Part shown: piece by piece, positions 12,501 to 23,224 of the stretch
Numbering within the stretch: the stretch's first letter is position 1
Layout of the letters: the number at the start of each line of letters is the position of its first letter
Origin: Macrostomum lignano
Lineage: Eukaryota
Assembly: GCA_002269645.1 (NCBI GenBank)
Contig: NIVC01000236.1
Span: 372,001 to 436,000, forward strand
Direction: 5' to 3'
Length of the DNA stretch: 64,000 bases
The notes under the pieces: generated by a model
Database searches by the model: none
Told to the model about the DNA's origin: nothing
What the model saw: the letters and a program-made list of their open reading frames with translations, nothing else
Position numbers and translations under genes: made by a program

Positions 12501-14136
12501 AGTATTGTTCATGTTGGTGTTTTTATGAGTGTAAGTAAAGCAATTCTCAATGATGTAGAGATGTAGTCCATATATGTAAATGTAGATTGCACAGAATAAA
12601 ATCTGTTAACTTTCTACAAGCTAACAAATAATGCATATTGAGCATACATGGACCTATACTAGTTCGTGACTAAATTGACTTGGTTTTAGTTGTAAAAGTT
12701 TCAAGTTTAAAAATAATTTAACTAATGGAGCTATCAATTTTCAAAGCTGTATTTTTCGTTAAACTTAAAGAATCTCTTCTGACACTAATTTGAAGCTTAG
12801 CCTTTTGTGTACTAAGTATCTTTTAGTGACTGCTTTGTGATACTTTATGAAGTATTATATAGAAATGTTACTGGCAAAATTTTGACCAAGCTAAAGCACT
12901 TAATCTTGCATGCTATAAAAAACTTCAATTTCAAGATATGATTACCTACGAGCCCTCGTATCTTAATCTATCTACCAGCCTTCGCATTACTTGTTGATAG
13001 AAATTACTCGGATGCTAAATATTTTGGTTAACCAACTCTGCTCGCTCAGGTGTACTCGCTGGCGTCCCATTTGCCGATGCGTTGCTCACCCGTCTGCGCT
13101 GCGAAGCCAGCTGGTCAGTGGCTGAAGGCGCCTACATCTCCTCCGTGCCGCAGCGGGTGGCCACCATCAGCGGCAGCCCAGTCTGCCTGGCCAGGGCCCG
13201 CCGGCTGCTGCCAGCTGTGCTTTCCAGGGCGTCCGGGTTAGCCACCTATGCCAACAGGTGAGACTTCGATGGTCTAGTCAAACTGATCTCCAGAATCCCC
13301 CAAACTGAACTCCAGAAACAGTGTGTTAGTGTTGCGCAATACTGGCCTGAAAATATATTGCAGATTATGCAGATTAATGCCATAATCTGCAATATTTTTC
13401 CAGGCCAGCGTTGGCGCGTTGATTCTTGCAATCATGCCACCATGTTTTTGTGTACTTATTCTTGCATAATACTACTGGCAGTACGCCAGCCAGCATCGAG
13501 CAATACGAGTTAGCGACATGTTTGCCCTTCCCCTATCTCTGCCAGGTTAGTTGAAAAGGCCGCCCTGTGCGACTGGCCCGGCTCCGTCTGCGCCGATTCT
13601 GACAGCCGCTGCACGCCCGGCCAGCGCCTGCTGGAGCGACACGGCCTCCTTGTAGGCGGGGTCCGACCGTCTGCCTCTTCAACCGCGTCAACTGGCGGCG
13701 CTGTCGTGATTGTCGATACAACCGCAGCCGGCGGGGGCGGCGGCAGCGGCGTTGCGTCCGCACTGGCCGGCGCCAGGCGCTGCGCTGCTCCGTTTGGCCG
13801 GGTGGCCGCAGTCTGCGCCGATGAGGCCGAAGCTTTGCGCGCCTGCCGTCTCGGCGCCGATCTGGTGATGCTGGAGTGCTCCAGCGCCGAGGTGAGGCAT
13901 TGAGGCGCTTGGAGACTGTGTGCTTGTCAGAGATTCTGTACAGTGTCCTGTGTACGTGAGCCCCTGTACAGTGTCCTGTGTACGTGAGCCCCTGTACAGT
14001 GTCCTGTGTTTGTGTGTCAGCCCCTGTACAGTGTCCTGTGTTTGTGTGTCAGCCCCTGTACAGTGTCCTGTGTTTGTGTGTCAGCCCCTGTACAGTGTCC
14101 TGTGTTTGTGTGTGTGTGTGTGTATCAGCCTCTGTC

Positions 14137-14201
<65 letters not shown>

Positions 14202-16546
14202 AGCCCCTGTACAGTGTCCTGTGTGTGTCAGCCCCTGTACAGTGTCCTGTGTGTGTCAGCCCCTGTACAATGTCCTGTGTGTGTCAGCCCCTGTACAGTG
14301 TCCTGTGTGTGTCAGCCCCTGTACAGTGTCCTGTGTGTGTCAGCGGCCCTGTACAGTGTCCTGTGTGTGTCAGCCCCTGTACCGTGTCCTGTGTGTGTCA
14401 GCCCCTGTACAGTGTCCTGTGTGAGTCAGAGCCCCCTGTACAGTGTCCTGTGTGAGTCAGAGCGCCCTGTACAGTGTCCTGTGTGAGTCAGAGCCCCCTG
14501 TACAGTGTCCTGTGAGTCAGAGCCCCCTGTACAGTGTCCTGTGTGAGTCAGAGCCCCCTGTACAGTGTCCTGTGTGAGTCAGAGCCCCCTGTACAGTGTC
14601 CTGTGTGAGTCAGAGCCTCCTGTACAGTGTCCTGTGAGTCAGAGCCCCCTGTACAGTGTCCTGTGTGAGTCAGAGCCCCCTGTACAGTGTCCTGTGAGTC
14701 AGAGCCCCCTGTACAGTGTCCTGTGTGAGTCAGAGCCCCCTGTACAGTGTCCTGTGTGAGTCAGAGCCCCCTGTACAGTGTCCTGTGTGAGTCAGAGCCT
14801 CCTGTACAGTTTCCTGTGAGTCAGAGCCCCCTGTACAGTGCCCTGTGTGAGTCAGAGCCCCCTGTACAGTGTCCTGTGAGTCAGAGCCCCCTGTACAGTG
14901 TCCTGTGTGAGTCAGAGCCCCCTATACTTCCTCTGGTATCTTGTGTCCGCATTATCCAATGTTCAGCGCCTTACTCATCATCCAGGTCTGCACCGCCGCC
15001 GCACGCGCTGTCAAGGCCGCCCACCCCGGCACACTGGTCCAGGCCCGGCAGCTCGCCGCCTCTGACCTGGCCGCCTACTTTACTGCCGACATTGACGTCG
15101 TCTGTGTCGACGCCTCGCCGGCGCAGCTGCGGTCCGACTGGCCGGAGGTGGCGCTTCGACCCATCGCCGCTGGCACGGCTGCTTTCTCCGATGCCGCCGC
15201 CACAGCCGCCGTGGCCGCCGCCGCTGTAGCCGCGGCCGCGGCCATGCCGGCCAGAAAACGCAGGCGCTGCGCCTCGCAGGACTCGAACCCGCCGCGGCCG
15301 CCTACGGCACCCGTGCTCGGCTCCACTGCCGCCGCCACCGCCGCTGCCGCAGCCGCCGCGGTTGCCAAGCAGCCGCGCCTCGATCTGGCGACCTCGGCCA
15401 CCGGCAGCGCAGGCGTCGGCGGCGGCTCCAGCAATCCGACCACCCCGACGCCGCAGATGGTCAACAGCTGTCGGGAGCTCGTCCCGGTTTTCAACACCGA
15501 CCGCAGGAACTCGCAGCAGTCCGAACAGTCCGAGCAGCCGCAACAGCGGCGCCAGCGACGCGAGTCTCCGCCTCAACCGCCGCTGTCTGCCGCTGCTTCC
15601 GCCGCTGCGTCTGCTGCCGTCTCCGCCGCTGTAGCCGCCTCAGCCGCTAGGGCGGCCGCTGCCGTCGCTGGCGGCGCCGCACGACCAGCCGCTGTCCTAT
15701 CCGTCCCCTACGGCTTCCTTCGCGTCCCGGTCTCGGGCGTCGCTGGCACGCCCATCCGGATGGTAGCGCCGCAGAGTCGGGCGGCGGCCGCAGCGGCTGC
15801 TGCTGCGGCTGCTGCTGCTGCTGCCTACCGGAACGCGCAGCATCGGCAGCCGATGACGCCAGCCGCCGCGATGGCGATGCGATTCGGTTCTGTTGGCTAC
15901 GGCACATCGGTTTCCGCTGCCCAGCTGCTGATGGGGCCCTGGCTGTGCAAGTGAGTCAGCTGTATTCGTGTTTGCCCTGTCTCAGATCCCCGTCCCATCT
16001 CCAGCTCCTGTCTCAGATCCCCGTCCCATCTCCAGCTCCTGTCTCAGATCCCCGTCCCATCTCCAGCTCCTGTCTCAGATCCCCGTCCCATCTCCAGCTC
16101 CTGTCTCAGATCCCCGTCCCATCTCCAGCTCCTGTCTCAGATCCCCGTCCCATCTCCAGCTCCTGTCTCAGATCCCCGTCCCATCTCCAGCTCCTGTCTC
16201 AGATCCCCGTCCCATCTCCAGCTCCTGTCTCAGATCCCCGTCCCATCTCTTGTTCCTGTCTCAGATCCCCGTCCCATCTCCAGCTCCTGTCTCAGATCCC
16301 CGTCCCATCTCCAGCTCCTGTCTCAGATTCCCGTCCCATCTCCAGGTCCTGTCTCAGATCCCCGTGCCATCTCTTGTGCCTTTCTCAGATCCCGGTCCCA
16401 CCTCTCCAGCTTGTCTCAGATTCTAAAAAGCTCACATTACAGCCTCTTCATCATCTTCACCCCGTCGCCCCCACAGAGTGTGCCGCGGTGCCAACATGTA
16501 CACTACAGTGTGCCGGCACTGCAGCCGCAACCGGGGTCTGTACTAG
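9591..16546 (+). CDS. QPRT: QPRT (quinolinate phosphoribosyltransferase)-like protein, catalytically degenerate, with low-complexity tail, basic NLS-like motif and C-terminal RanBP2-type zinc finger (~605 aa)
   Basis: Exons 9591-9819, 13050-13257, 13546-13891, 14986-15950 and 16477-16546 are all GT-AG with continuous phase (1818 nt = 605 aa + stop). The peptide gives IVKLWIEED...ETK/GVLAGVPFADALLTRLRCEASW...LSRASGLAT...WPGSV...TPGQRLLERHGLLVGG...GADLVML...VKAAHPGTLVQA...DIDVV, colinear with QPRT. The tail contains PARKRRR and ends W-L-C-K/V-C-R-G-A-N-M-Y-T-T-V-C-R-H-C. Confidence 0.8.
10410..10675. mobile_element. Non-autonomous hAT-type MITE, copy 2 (QPRT-like intron 1)
   Basis: Same TIRs and internal sequence as 7703-7976, with a different 8-bp TSD ATTAGCTT (10402-10409 and 10676-10683), which shows an independent insertion. 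Confidence 0.9.
13940..14925. repeat. ~30-bp minisatellite with embedded (TG)n, QPRT-like intron 3
   Basis: Tandem CCCCTGTACAGTGTCCTGTGTG(AG)TCAG(AG); (TG)n microsatellite at ~14100-14200. Confidence 0.9.
15978..16400. repeat. 31-bp minisatellite, QPRT-like intron 4
   Basis: Tandem CTCAGATCCCCGTCCCATCTCCAGCTCCTGT. Confidence 0.9.
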
Positions 16547-16924
16547 CAATGGACCCCGCGTGACCAGCAAGGGCTGGTGTAAGTTTCTTCAAGCAATAAA
16601 ATCAGATATGAAGGTCACCGCTGTAAGATGTTTTGAGACTGGAGATTTTTAAAACTGCATTTTTTATAAGTCGCTAGGCTCTGTTTGGCTATAAATTTTC
16701 CTTTCTCACATTGCAAACCCTACTGCAAGTAGTATTATTATTAATACTGCAAGCAAATCGTTTTCTGTTCTAGTTATACCGAAGTTAATTGTTCTTAACT
16801 GATTATTTAATTTAATCTCCGCGTCTCTGCAAATGACATTGTATTGTATACCTGCTATGCTAAATGACTCTTGACTTTGAAAGTTTGGGGTGGGCCATGT
16901 TCCTGGGAACTATATGCTTCTTGC

Positions 16925-17510
16925 TCCCTGATCCTTCAGCGGCTGCTGCTACCCCCTCCCTGATCCTTCAGCGGCTGCTGCCACCCCCTCCCTGATCTTT
17001 CAGCGGCTGCTGCTACCCCCTCCCTGATCCTTCAGCGGCTGCTGCTACCCCCTCCCTGATCCTTCAGCGGCTGCTGCTACCCCCTCCCTGATCCTTCAGC
17101 AGCTGCTGCTACCCCCTCCCTGATGATCCTTCAGCGGCTGCTGCTACCCCCTCCCTGATCTTTCAGCGGCTGCTGCTACCCCCTCCCTGATCTTTCAGCG
17201 GCTGCTGCTACCCCCTCCCTGATCCTTCAGCGGCTGCTGCTACCCCCTCCCTGATCCTTCAGCGGCTGCTGCTACCCCCTCCCTGATCTTTCAGCGGCTG
17301 CTGCTACCCCCTCCCTGATCCTTCAGCGGCTGCTGCTACCCCCTCCCTGATGATCCTTCAGCGGCTGCTGCTACCCCCTCCCTGATGATCCTTCAGCGGC
17401 TGCTGCTACCCCCTCCCTGATCCTTCAGCGGCTGCTGCTACCCCCTCCCTGATGATCCTTCAGCGGCTGCTGCTACCCCCTCCCTGATCTTTCAGCGGCT
17501 GCTGCTACGC
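16925..17510. repeat. 32-bp intergenic minisatellite
   Basis: Tandem CTGATCCTTCAGCGGCTGCTGCTACCCCCTCC. Confidence 0.9.
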
Positions 17511-18347
17511 CTACCAGTGCTAAGCCGTGTTTAAAGTTGAACAGATTGATGCCTGAATAGAAACCCCATCCACAGTTTCATCGCTCCAGTTCAAATAGTC
17601 AAGCGCAAGTTTTTTCCGTTTAATTTTTTAGTCTCAGTCAGTCGCACCCATGCAATTCGAAGGCACCATTCTACTGTGCACTTTGCTCTCACCGTTCAAT
17701 CTGTGTAAACAATCATGCACGCGTCTCACTACCGGCAGTAGTGCCAGGCGTGCAACAAGCGAACCGCATTCCAATTTTAATACTTATGCCCCAATCTGCA
17801 CCCCCTTGCGCTGGCCTAGCAACGCATCTGCAGCCACCTGAGCCGTCATTAGAAGTTTTTTGCAATCGCTTTTTAGTATCAGTATGCATCCATATCCATG
17901 TGCAATGCCTGTCACTAATTATTGTAGCATAGAAAGCTTAGAGTTTGTGAAAAATGTGCTGATTTTATCGTGCGAAATAACAAATTCGGTGCAAACAAGC
18001 ATGCCATATTTCTATCACTGCGTGTTTGTCTTCTGGTAAAATATATATTTGTACTTTTAGCTCGTCGCGAAACCTCTTCACTTTTTTTACTTGTCACTTT
18101 TTGTTAGAAAATATACAGCCGATGTGTTTGTTGGCTCTTTGTTCACGGAAATACTCTTTGTTGTGTACTTATTTCTATTTTTTCGATAAAAGTCATCATA
18201 GAGTCCGTTTATAATTCATGTCGTTAGCCTTCACGTAGTGATTCCCAGTGCCCTATAGTTCGTGATGCGCTGGTGCAGTTTCTGGTGTCTGGGTTTACCA
18301 GGTACTTTATCAGGTTTCTGTGCCCGGTGCCATCTCGGGTATCTAAT

Positions 18348-21300
18348 TCAGTCAACGTTGAGCTTGGTGAAGGTGCCCTGGATACCAGTGGTCGCGTCCG
18401 CCGCGCTGTCCTCGGTGCGCAAGTAGTCCTTGGTCGTTGGCAGCCGCTTGGATTCGTCAACCTCCATCTCCTGCCGCTGAAGGCGCCACTCCCTGTGCAT
18501 CCGCTCGCTGCCGAAGTTGTTTCTTGTCCATTCCATCAGCTCCTGCAGGGTGCCGTTGCTGCCGCCGAGCTCCTTGGGCAGCAGACGGTCGGCGTCCTGC
18601 TCCCCGATGACTTTCCTGAGCCTGGCGTAGTCCTTGCCGACCTTGTGCAGCTTCTTCTTGAACTTCTCCTTGAGAAACGGCGCGTTCTTGATCAGGGTGA
18701 AGATCACGTCAAAGAACGCCGGCTCGTTCACAAAAATGACAGCTTTAGTGCGATTGGGACTGGCGTCCTGCCAGTTGCGCATCAGAGAGAAGAAGTTCTT
18801 GCGGTTCTCGAAGAAGCTCAGTTGATTTCGATTGGACCGGCTCATGTCAATCAGGACCTTGATGCCGTTGATCTGGCTGTACTGGTCCAGCTGCACCGCG
18901 TCCACTGACATGTACATGCAGCGGATCAGCTGATCGAACGTCATCTTCTGCTGGTCCCAGTAGCCCATGTTGGACACGTAGACTCCCTCGCCTTCGCTTG
19001 TGTGTCCGAGAAACACGTGGAAAGGATGGCTGAGGTACTCCTGCCGAAGGAAGTGGCGTAGGACTTCTGAGCCTCTGTTTGCCAGAAAGTTGGCTAAATA
19101 GTAATCAGCCTCACCTTAACCTCTGGACTGTCCACAGAAGGGTAGTCAAACCATGACGGCGTGCCCTTGGGCGACTTGCGGATGGTCAGGTAGTTGTCCA
19201 GCAGCATCTGAGCGCGGCTCTGGTCGAACTTGGCCACGCGAAGGAAGCGCAGCAGGAATCGGTCGTCTGCGGAGCGAAGTGATTCGATGCGGCTTAATCC
19301 TCATGTGTGTTGGGCAAGACACAAATTCGCGTAAATTCGAGCAAAGTAAAAAAATCCCATTTTCGGAGCCCAATAATGACGAAATATTTCGCAAGTTTTC
19401 GCACTTCTGGTGGCAATAGTGCTGTTTACTATCTGTAGAATTGACTTTAGACTTTGGTCTTCCGTCTGTTTTCCTGTCTAGGGCAGGCAATGCTGTTCAC
19501 ATTGCAGTGTCTGGGGTTACCTTTGACCCCGGCGCTTATCTGCTGCTGCAGCCAAGAAAGTGACTATTTGAGTCTGGGTTGAGGCATATCTCTGAGTCTG
19601 TTTACTTTAGTGCTCAAGGCATAATTGAATTTCTCCAGATTATGTAAGTCTCTAAATTTAGTTCTTATATCTGTTTTCAACCCAGTGTAAAAAGCTTGTT
19701 GCTATACGCGACGCCATCCTAAACTGCTGTTTATTTTTCAGCAAATTTCAAATTCGCTTCAATCGCCATGGTAGCCGATTTTGTTCAACGGGTCACCGCC
19801 TATCCGGCCGTGGCCTCCGCCTGGCAGCGGGCCGCCAGCTGCTACGACTGGGCCCTGTCCGCCAGCCCCAGCGTCCGCTCCGCCGCCGGCTTCACCGAGG
19901 GCGGCCTGCGCCGTGCCGCTGCCACCGCGGCGCCGCTGCTGGCGCGCTTCGAGCCCGCTGTGGCGCGCCTGGACCGCCTGGCCTGCGCCCAGCTGCTGGA
20001 CCGGCTGGAGGCCCGCTGTCCGGCCGTGAAGGAGGCCACTGCCCAGGAGCTGGTCGCCTCGGCGCGCGACGCTGTCCAGCCGACGCTGATGGCACCGGTG
20101 AATAGCGCCGTTGCCAAGGTGACGGGGTGGGGCAGTGGCCATGCTGTGATGCGGAAAGTTGGCACGTCGCAGAAGAGAAACCTGCGCTCAATAAGGCCAT
20201 CGAACTGCACCGAATAGGGCCACCAGGGTTGCTTAGGATGGGGCGCAGAATAGCTATGTGTGACTCTCGTGCTGAAGTCCCGGGTTCGATAACGGAAATT
20301 GTCCTTAGGGCTTGCCGTGCTATTCACACCATTGAGGTCCAGCCTCTAAACTGCAGAGTTTGTACATGCCCGGCGATGAGAACATTTCTGGACTGCAGTA
20401 CACCCTGTGTGAGCGGGTCGGGCATGACTGCTTGTCTGCTACGTTAGGGTTAGGGGATTCAACAAGTACACTGATTCGGGCTAATGCCGCATGAATGCCT
20501 GAACTCGTCTTCGCCATATCCGCAAATCCGCAGGCGCAGTCGGCCAAAGCCTACGGCTTGGCCAAGTGCACGCGGCTGTCGGAGGACAGCGGCGAGCTGG
20601 TGGTGGCCTGGGTTGACCGCTGCGTGGACCACTACCTGCCCGAGGACGGCGAGGCCGGGAAGGAGCGGCGTCAACAGCAGCAGCAGCAGTCGGAGGCTCC
20701 TGAAGGCATTCGCCAGAAGCTCCGTCGCCGACTGTTTAGCCGCGTCGCCGACTTTGCTGTCCGACTCTCCGCCGACGATGGCGATGACGAGAATCAGCAA
20801 CGCGCGGCTGAAGCGGACGGAGTCGCCGCCGTCCAGCTGGCCGCCTTCGCTGCGGCCGCCGCCGCTAAGCGCCGGGCTCGAGCCGCCTCGCTGGCCGGTG
20901 CCGAGTTCGCGGCTGCCCGACTGCCCGACCTGGAGACTCTGCCTGGCGCTGGCCGCGTGGTGGCCTGGCTGGTGAGCTGGGATGAGCCTGCGACTTGAAT
21001 TCCCCTCTGGTGTCTTGGATTCCCCTCTGGCGTCTTGAATTCCCTTCTGGTGTCTTGGAATTTCCCTCTGATATCTTGGATTCCCCTCTGGTATCTTGGA
21101 TTCCCCTCTGATATCTTGGATTCCCTTCTGGTATCTTGGATTCCCCTCTGGTATCTTGGATTCCCCTCTGGTGTCTTGGATTCCCCTCTGGTGTCTTGGA
21201 TTCCCCTCTGGTGTCTTGGATTCCCTTCTGGTGTCTTGGATTCCCCTCTGGTGTCTTGGATTCCCTTCTGGTGTCTTGGATTCCCCTCCTGGTGTCTTGG

Positions 21301-22915
21301 ATTCCCCTCTGGTGTCTTGGATTCCCCTCTGGTGTCTACTCTACTGGCAGTAGTTAAGCAGCATATTGCGCATCAACTGCCCCTTTTCCGCCGCCCCCGC
21401 AGTCCTACTACACTCCGGAGCAGTTCCTGGTGGATCCCTTTGACCCGGAGAATCGCCGCCTCGCCCTCACCGAAGGCGCCGCCTCGGCCGCCGACTCCGA
21501 GCCGAGCCAGCGGCACAATGGCGAGTGCAGCAGCTCGGAGCGCTGAGCCGTTGGCTGCCGACTCTCTGGCTGGACAGATAAACTTGTCATTGTGGCGGTC
21601 CCGTGGTTTTTACTGTTTTGTTTTATTTTTCAAGCACTAAAATCCGTCTTGTTAGCCCCCACCAGCCCGCTTTGACTGCATGCCGCTTCTGATTATCCAG
21701 CAACTCAATATTTTGTAATCTCCCATCCTGTCGCTTGTTTCCGTTTTCACTCATTTTTCTGCTTTTATTAATATTGTTCCTACTGTAGAAAGTTGCTCGT
21801 TTTAATAGATTTTTTTTCTGCTGTCTGTGAAGAACGAATATTTTAGGCCAACTGCAACACTGAGATTAGTTGGGTATAAAATGTGTTTATCCAGGCTTGC
21901 AGCTGCACCTCGCAGCTCCCTGCTTCATCCAGCATGTAATCCAGTTTTATTTTATCGCTGCGCTATCTGCGGATATTCAGCCTGGTTGATTGGCAACCCA
22001 AATTTTATTCCTTTGTTTTGCTGCCCCGATTCGCAAAGTAATTCTTGGGCTTGTTTTTTAGTTTAAACAACAATAATAAATACCAAGTTTTTGTTTCAGA
22101 GCTGCTCTATTGCTGTTCTAGCACGCTTGGCTGCGCTCTGTGCAGCCTCAAATTAGACTGGTCTTTGCGACTTCACTTTGTGCGATAGAGCTTCCCCTAT
22201 TCTCTTCTAATTCGCCTCTTCCTCTATTCTCCTCTAACTCCCCTCGTCCCCAGATCTCATTTAATTCCCCTCTTCCCCAGGTCTTCTCTAATTCCCCTCT
22301 TCGCCGGTTCTCTTCTAATTCCCCTCTTCCCTAGATCTCCTCTAATTCCCCTCTTCCCCAGATCTCATTTAATTCCCTTCTTCCCCATGTCTTCTCTAAT
22401 TCCCCTCTTCCCCAGTTCTTTTCTAATTCCCCTCTTCCCCAGATCTCCTCTAATTCCCCTCTTCCCTAGTTCTTCTCTAATTCCCCTCTTCCCCAGATCT
22501 CCTCTAATTCCCCTCTTCCCCAGATCTCTTCTAATTCCCCTCTTCCCCAGATCTCCTCTAATTCCCCTCTTCCCCCTCTTCCCCAGATCTCTTCTAATTC
22601 CCCTCTTTCCCAGATATCCTCTAATTCCCCTCTTCCCCAGATCTCCTCTAATTCCCCTCTTCCCGAACCGCCACAGTTGTCCAGCCGTTCCTACAATCCC
22701 CCTGTAAGATGATTGGCCTGCAGCAGAGCCACAAGCTGTCACTCACCTGTCCGGCACCTGAGGTGCGGCATGCTGCTCAGCCAGCGTCTCAGGCTGGCGA
22801 TGTGGGCCGGCAGCTGGCTGGGCTTCTCGTTGAGCTCCTTCTCGGCCCGCCTGATAAACTGCGGCTCCACGCCTTCGTAGTCGTAGGGCCGGACGTCTTC
22901 AGTGGGGGCCGCCAT
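18348..22915 (-). CDS. CRAL-TRIO/Sec14-like lipid-binding protein (alpha-TTP/CRALBP/clavesin-like), copy A, ~337 aa
   Basis: Exons 22747-22915 (MAAPTEDV...RAEKELNEKP...LRRWL), 19115-19266 (DDRFLLRFLRVAKFDQSRAQMLLDNY, the CRAL-TRIO N domain) and 18348-19040 (QINGIKVLIDM...WQDASPNRTKAVIFVNEPAFF...LPKELGG). Splice phases are consistent. Confidence 0.9.
19768..21546 (+). CDS. Perilipin (PAT-domain)-like lipid-droplet protein, ~310 aa, nested antisense in intron 1 of CRAL-TRIO copy A
   Basis: Exons 19768-20118 (VQRVTAYPAVASAW...LACAQLLDRLEARCP, a PAT-domain pattern), 20534-20971 (VDRCVDHYLPE, as in the perilipin C-terminal region) and 21403-21546; all junctions are phase 0. A probable 5'UTR intron lies at ~19645-19741. 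Confidence 0.75.
20995..21335. repeat. 20-bp minisatellite, perilipin-like intron 2
   Basis: Tandem GGATTCCCCTCTGGTGTCTT. Confidence 0.9.
22190..22665. repeat. ~27-bp minisatellite, CRAL-TRIO A intron 1
   Basis: Tandem CTAATTCCCCTCTTCCCCAGATCTCCT. Confidence 0.85.
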
Positions 22916-23224
22916 CGCTGATTTATCTCAGCCGGTCCGGTGTCTGCCTGGCTGCCGTACTTATAATGCACCGATGCAGTGCCGGCTTCGCACTTTCGCT
23001 TTTCTGGACACTGCTTGTCTGGTTGGCTATTGGCTGCTATGCACTCCACTCGACTCGCTTGGGGTTGGGACTCTCTGTAGCAGCTCTTCATTATCATTTT
23101 AGCTGCAATTGCGCATTAAGCTCTGCTGCTATTCTGTGCTAAGCATTCCTCTGCCTTTCGTGCGATTTTTATGGCTGGGTTATCCTGAAGTCACGCAGAC
23201 TCATGGGTGTTTGAATCCCCTTGG

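Noticed and set aside
14941-15954. Stand-alone 337-aa ORF ending at TGA 15954
   Set aside because: It is better explained as exon 4 of the QPRT-like gene. The apparent stop overlaps a perfect GTGAGT donor, and splicing completes a C4 zinc finger.
18273-18908. Plus-strand ORFs antisense to CRAL-TRIO, and similar antisense ORFs over SLC18, tubulin and GPCR exons
   Set aside because: These are shadow ORFs caused by GC3-rich codon usage on the coding strand, with no independent homology.
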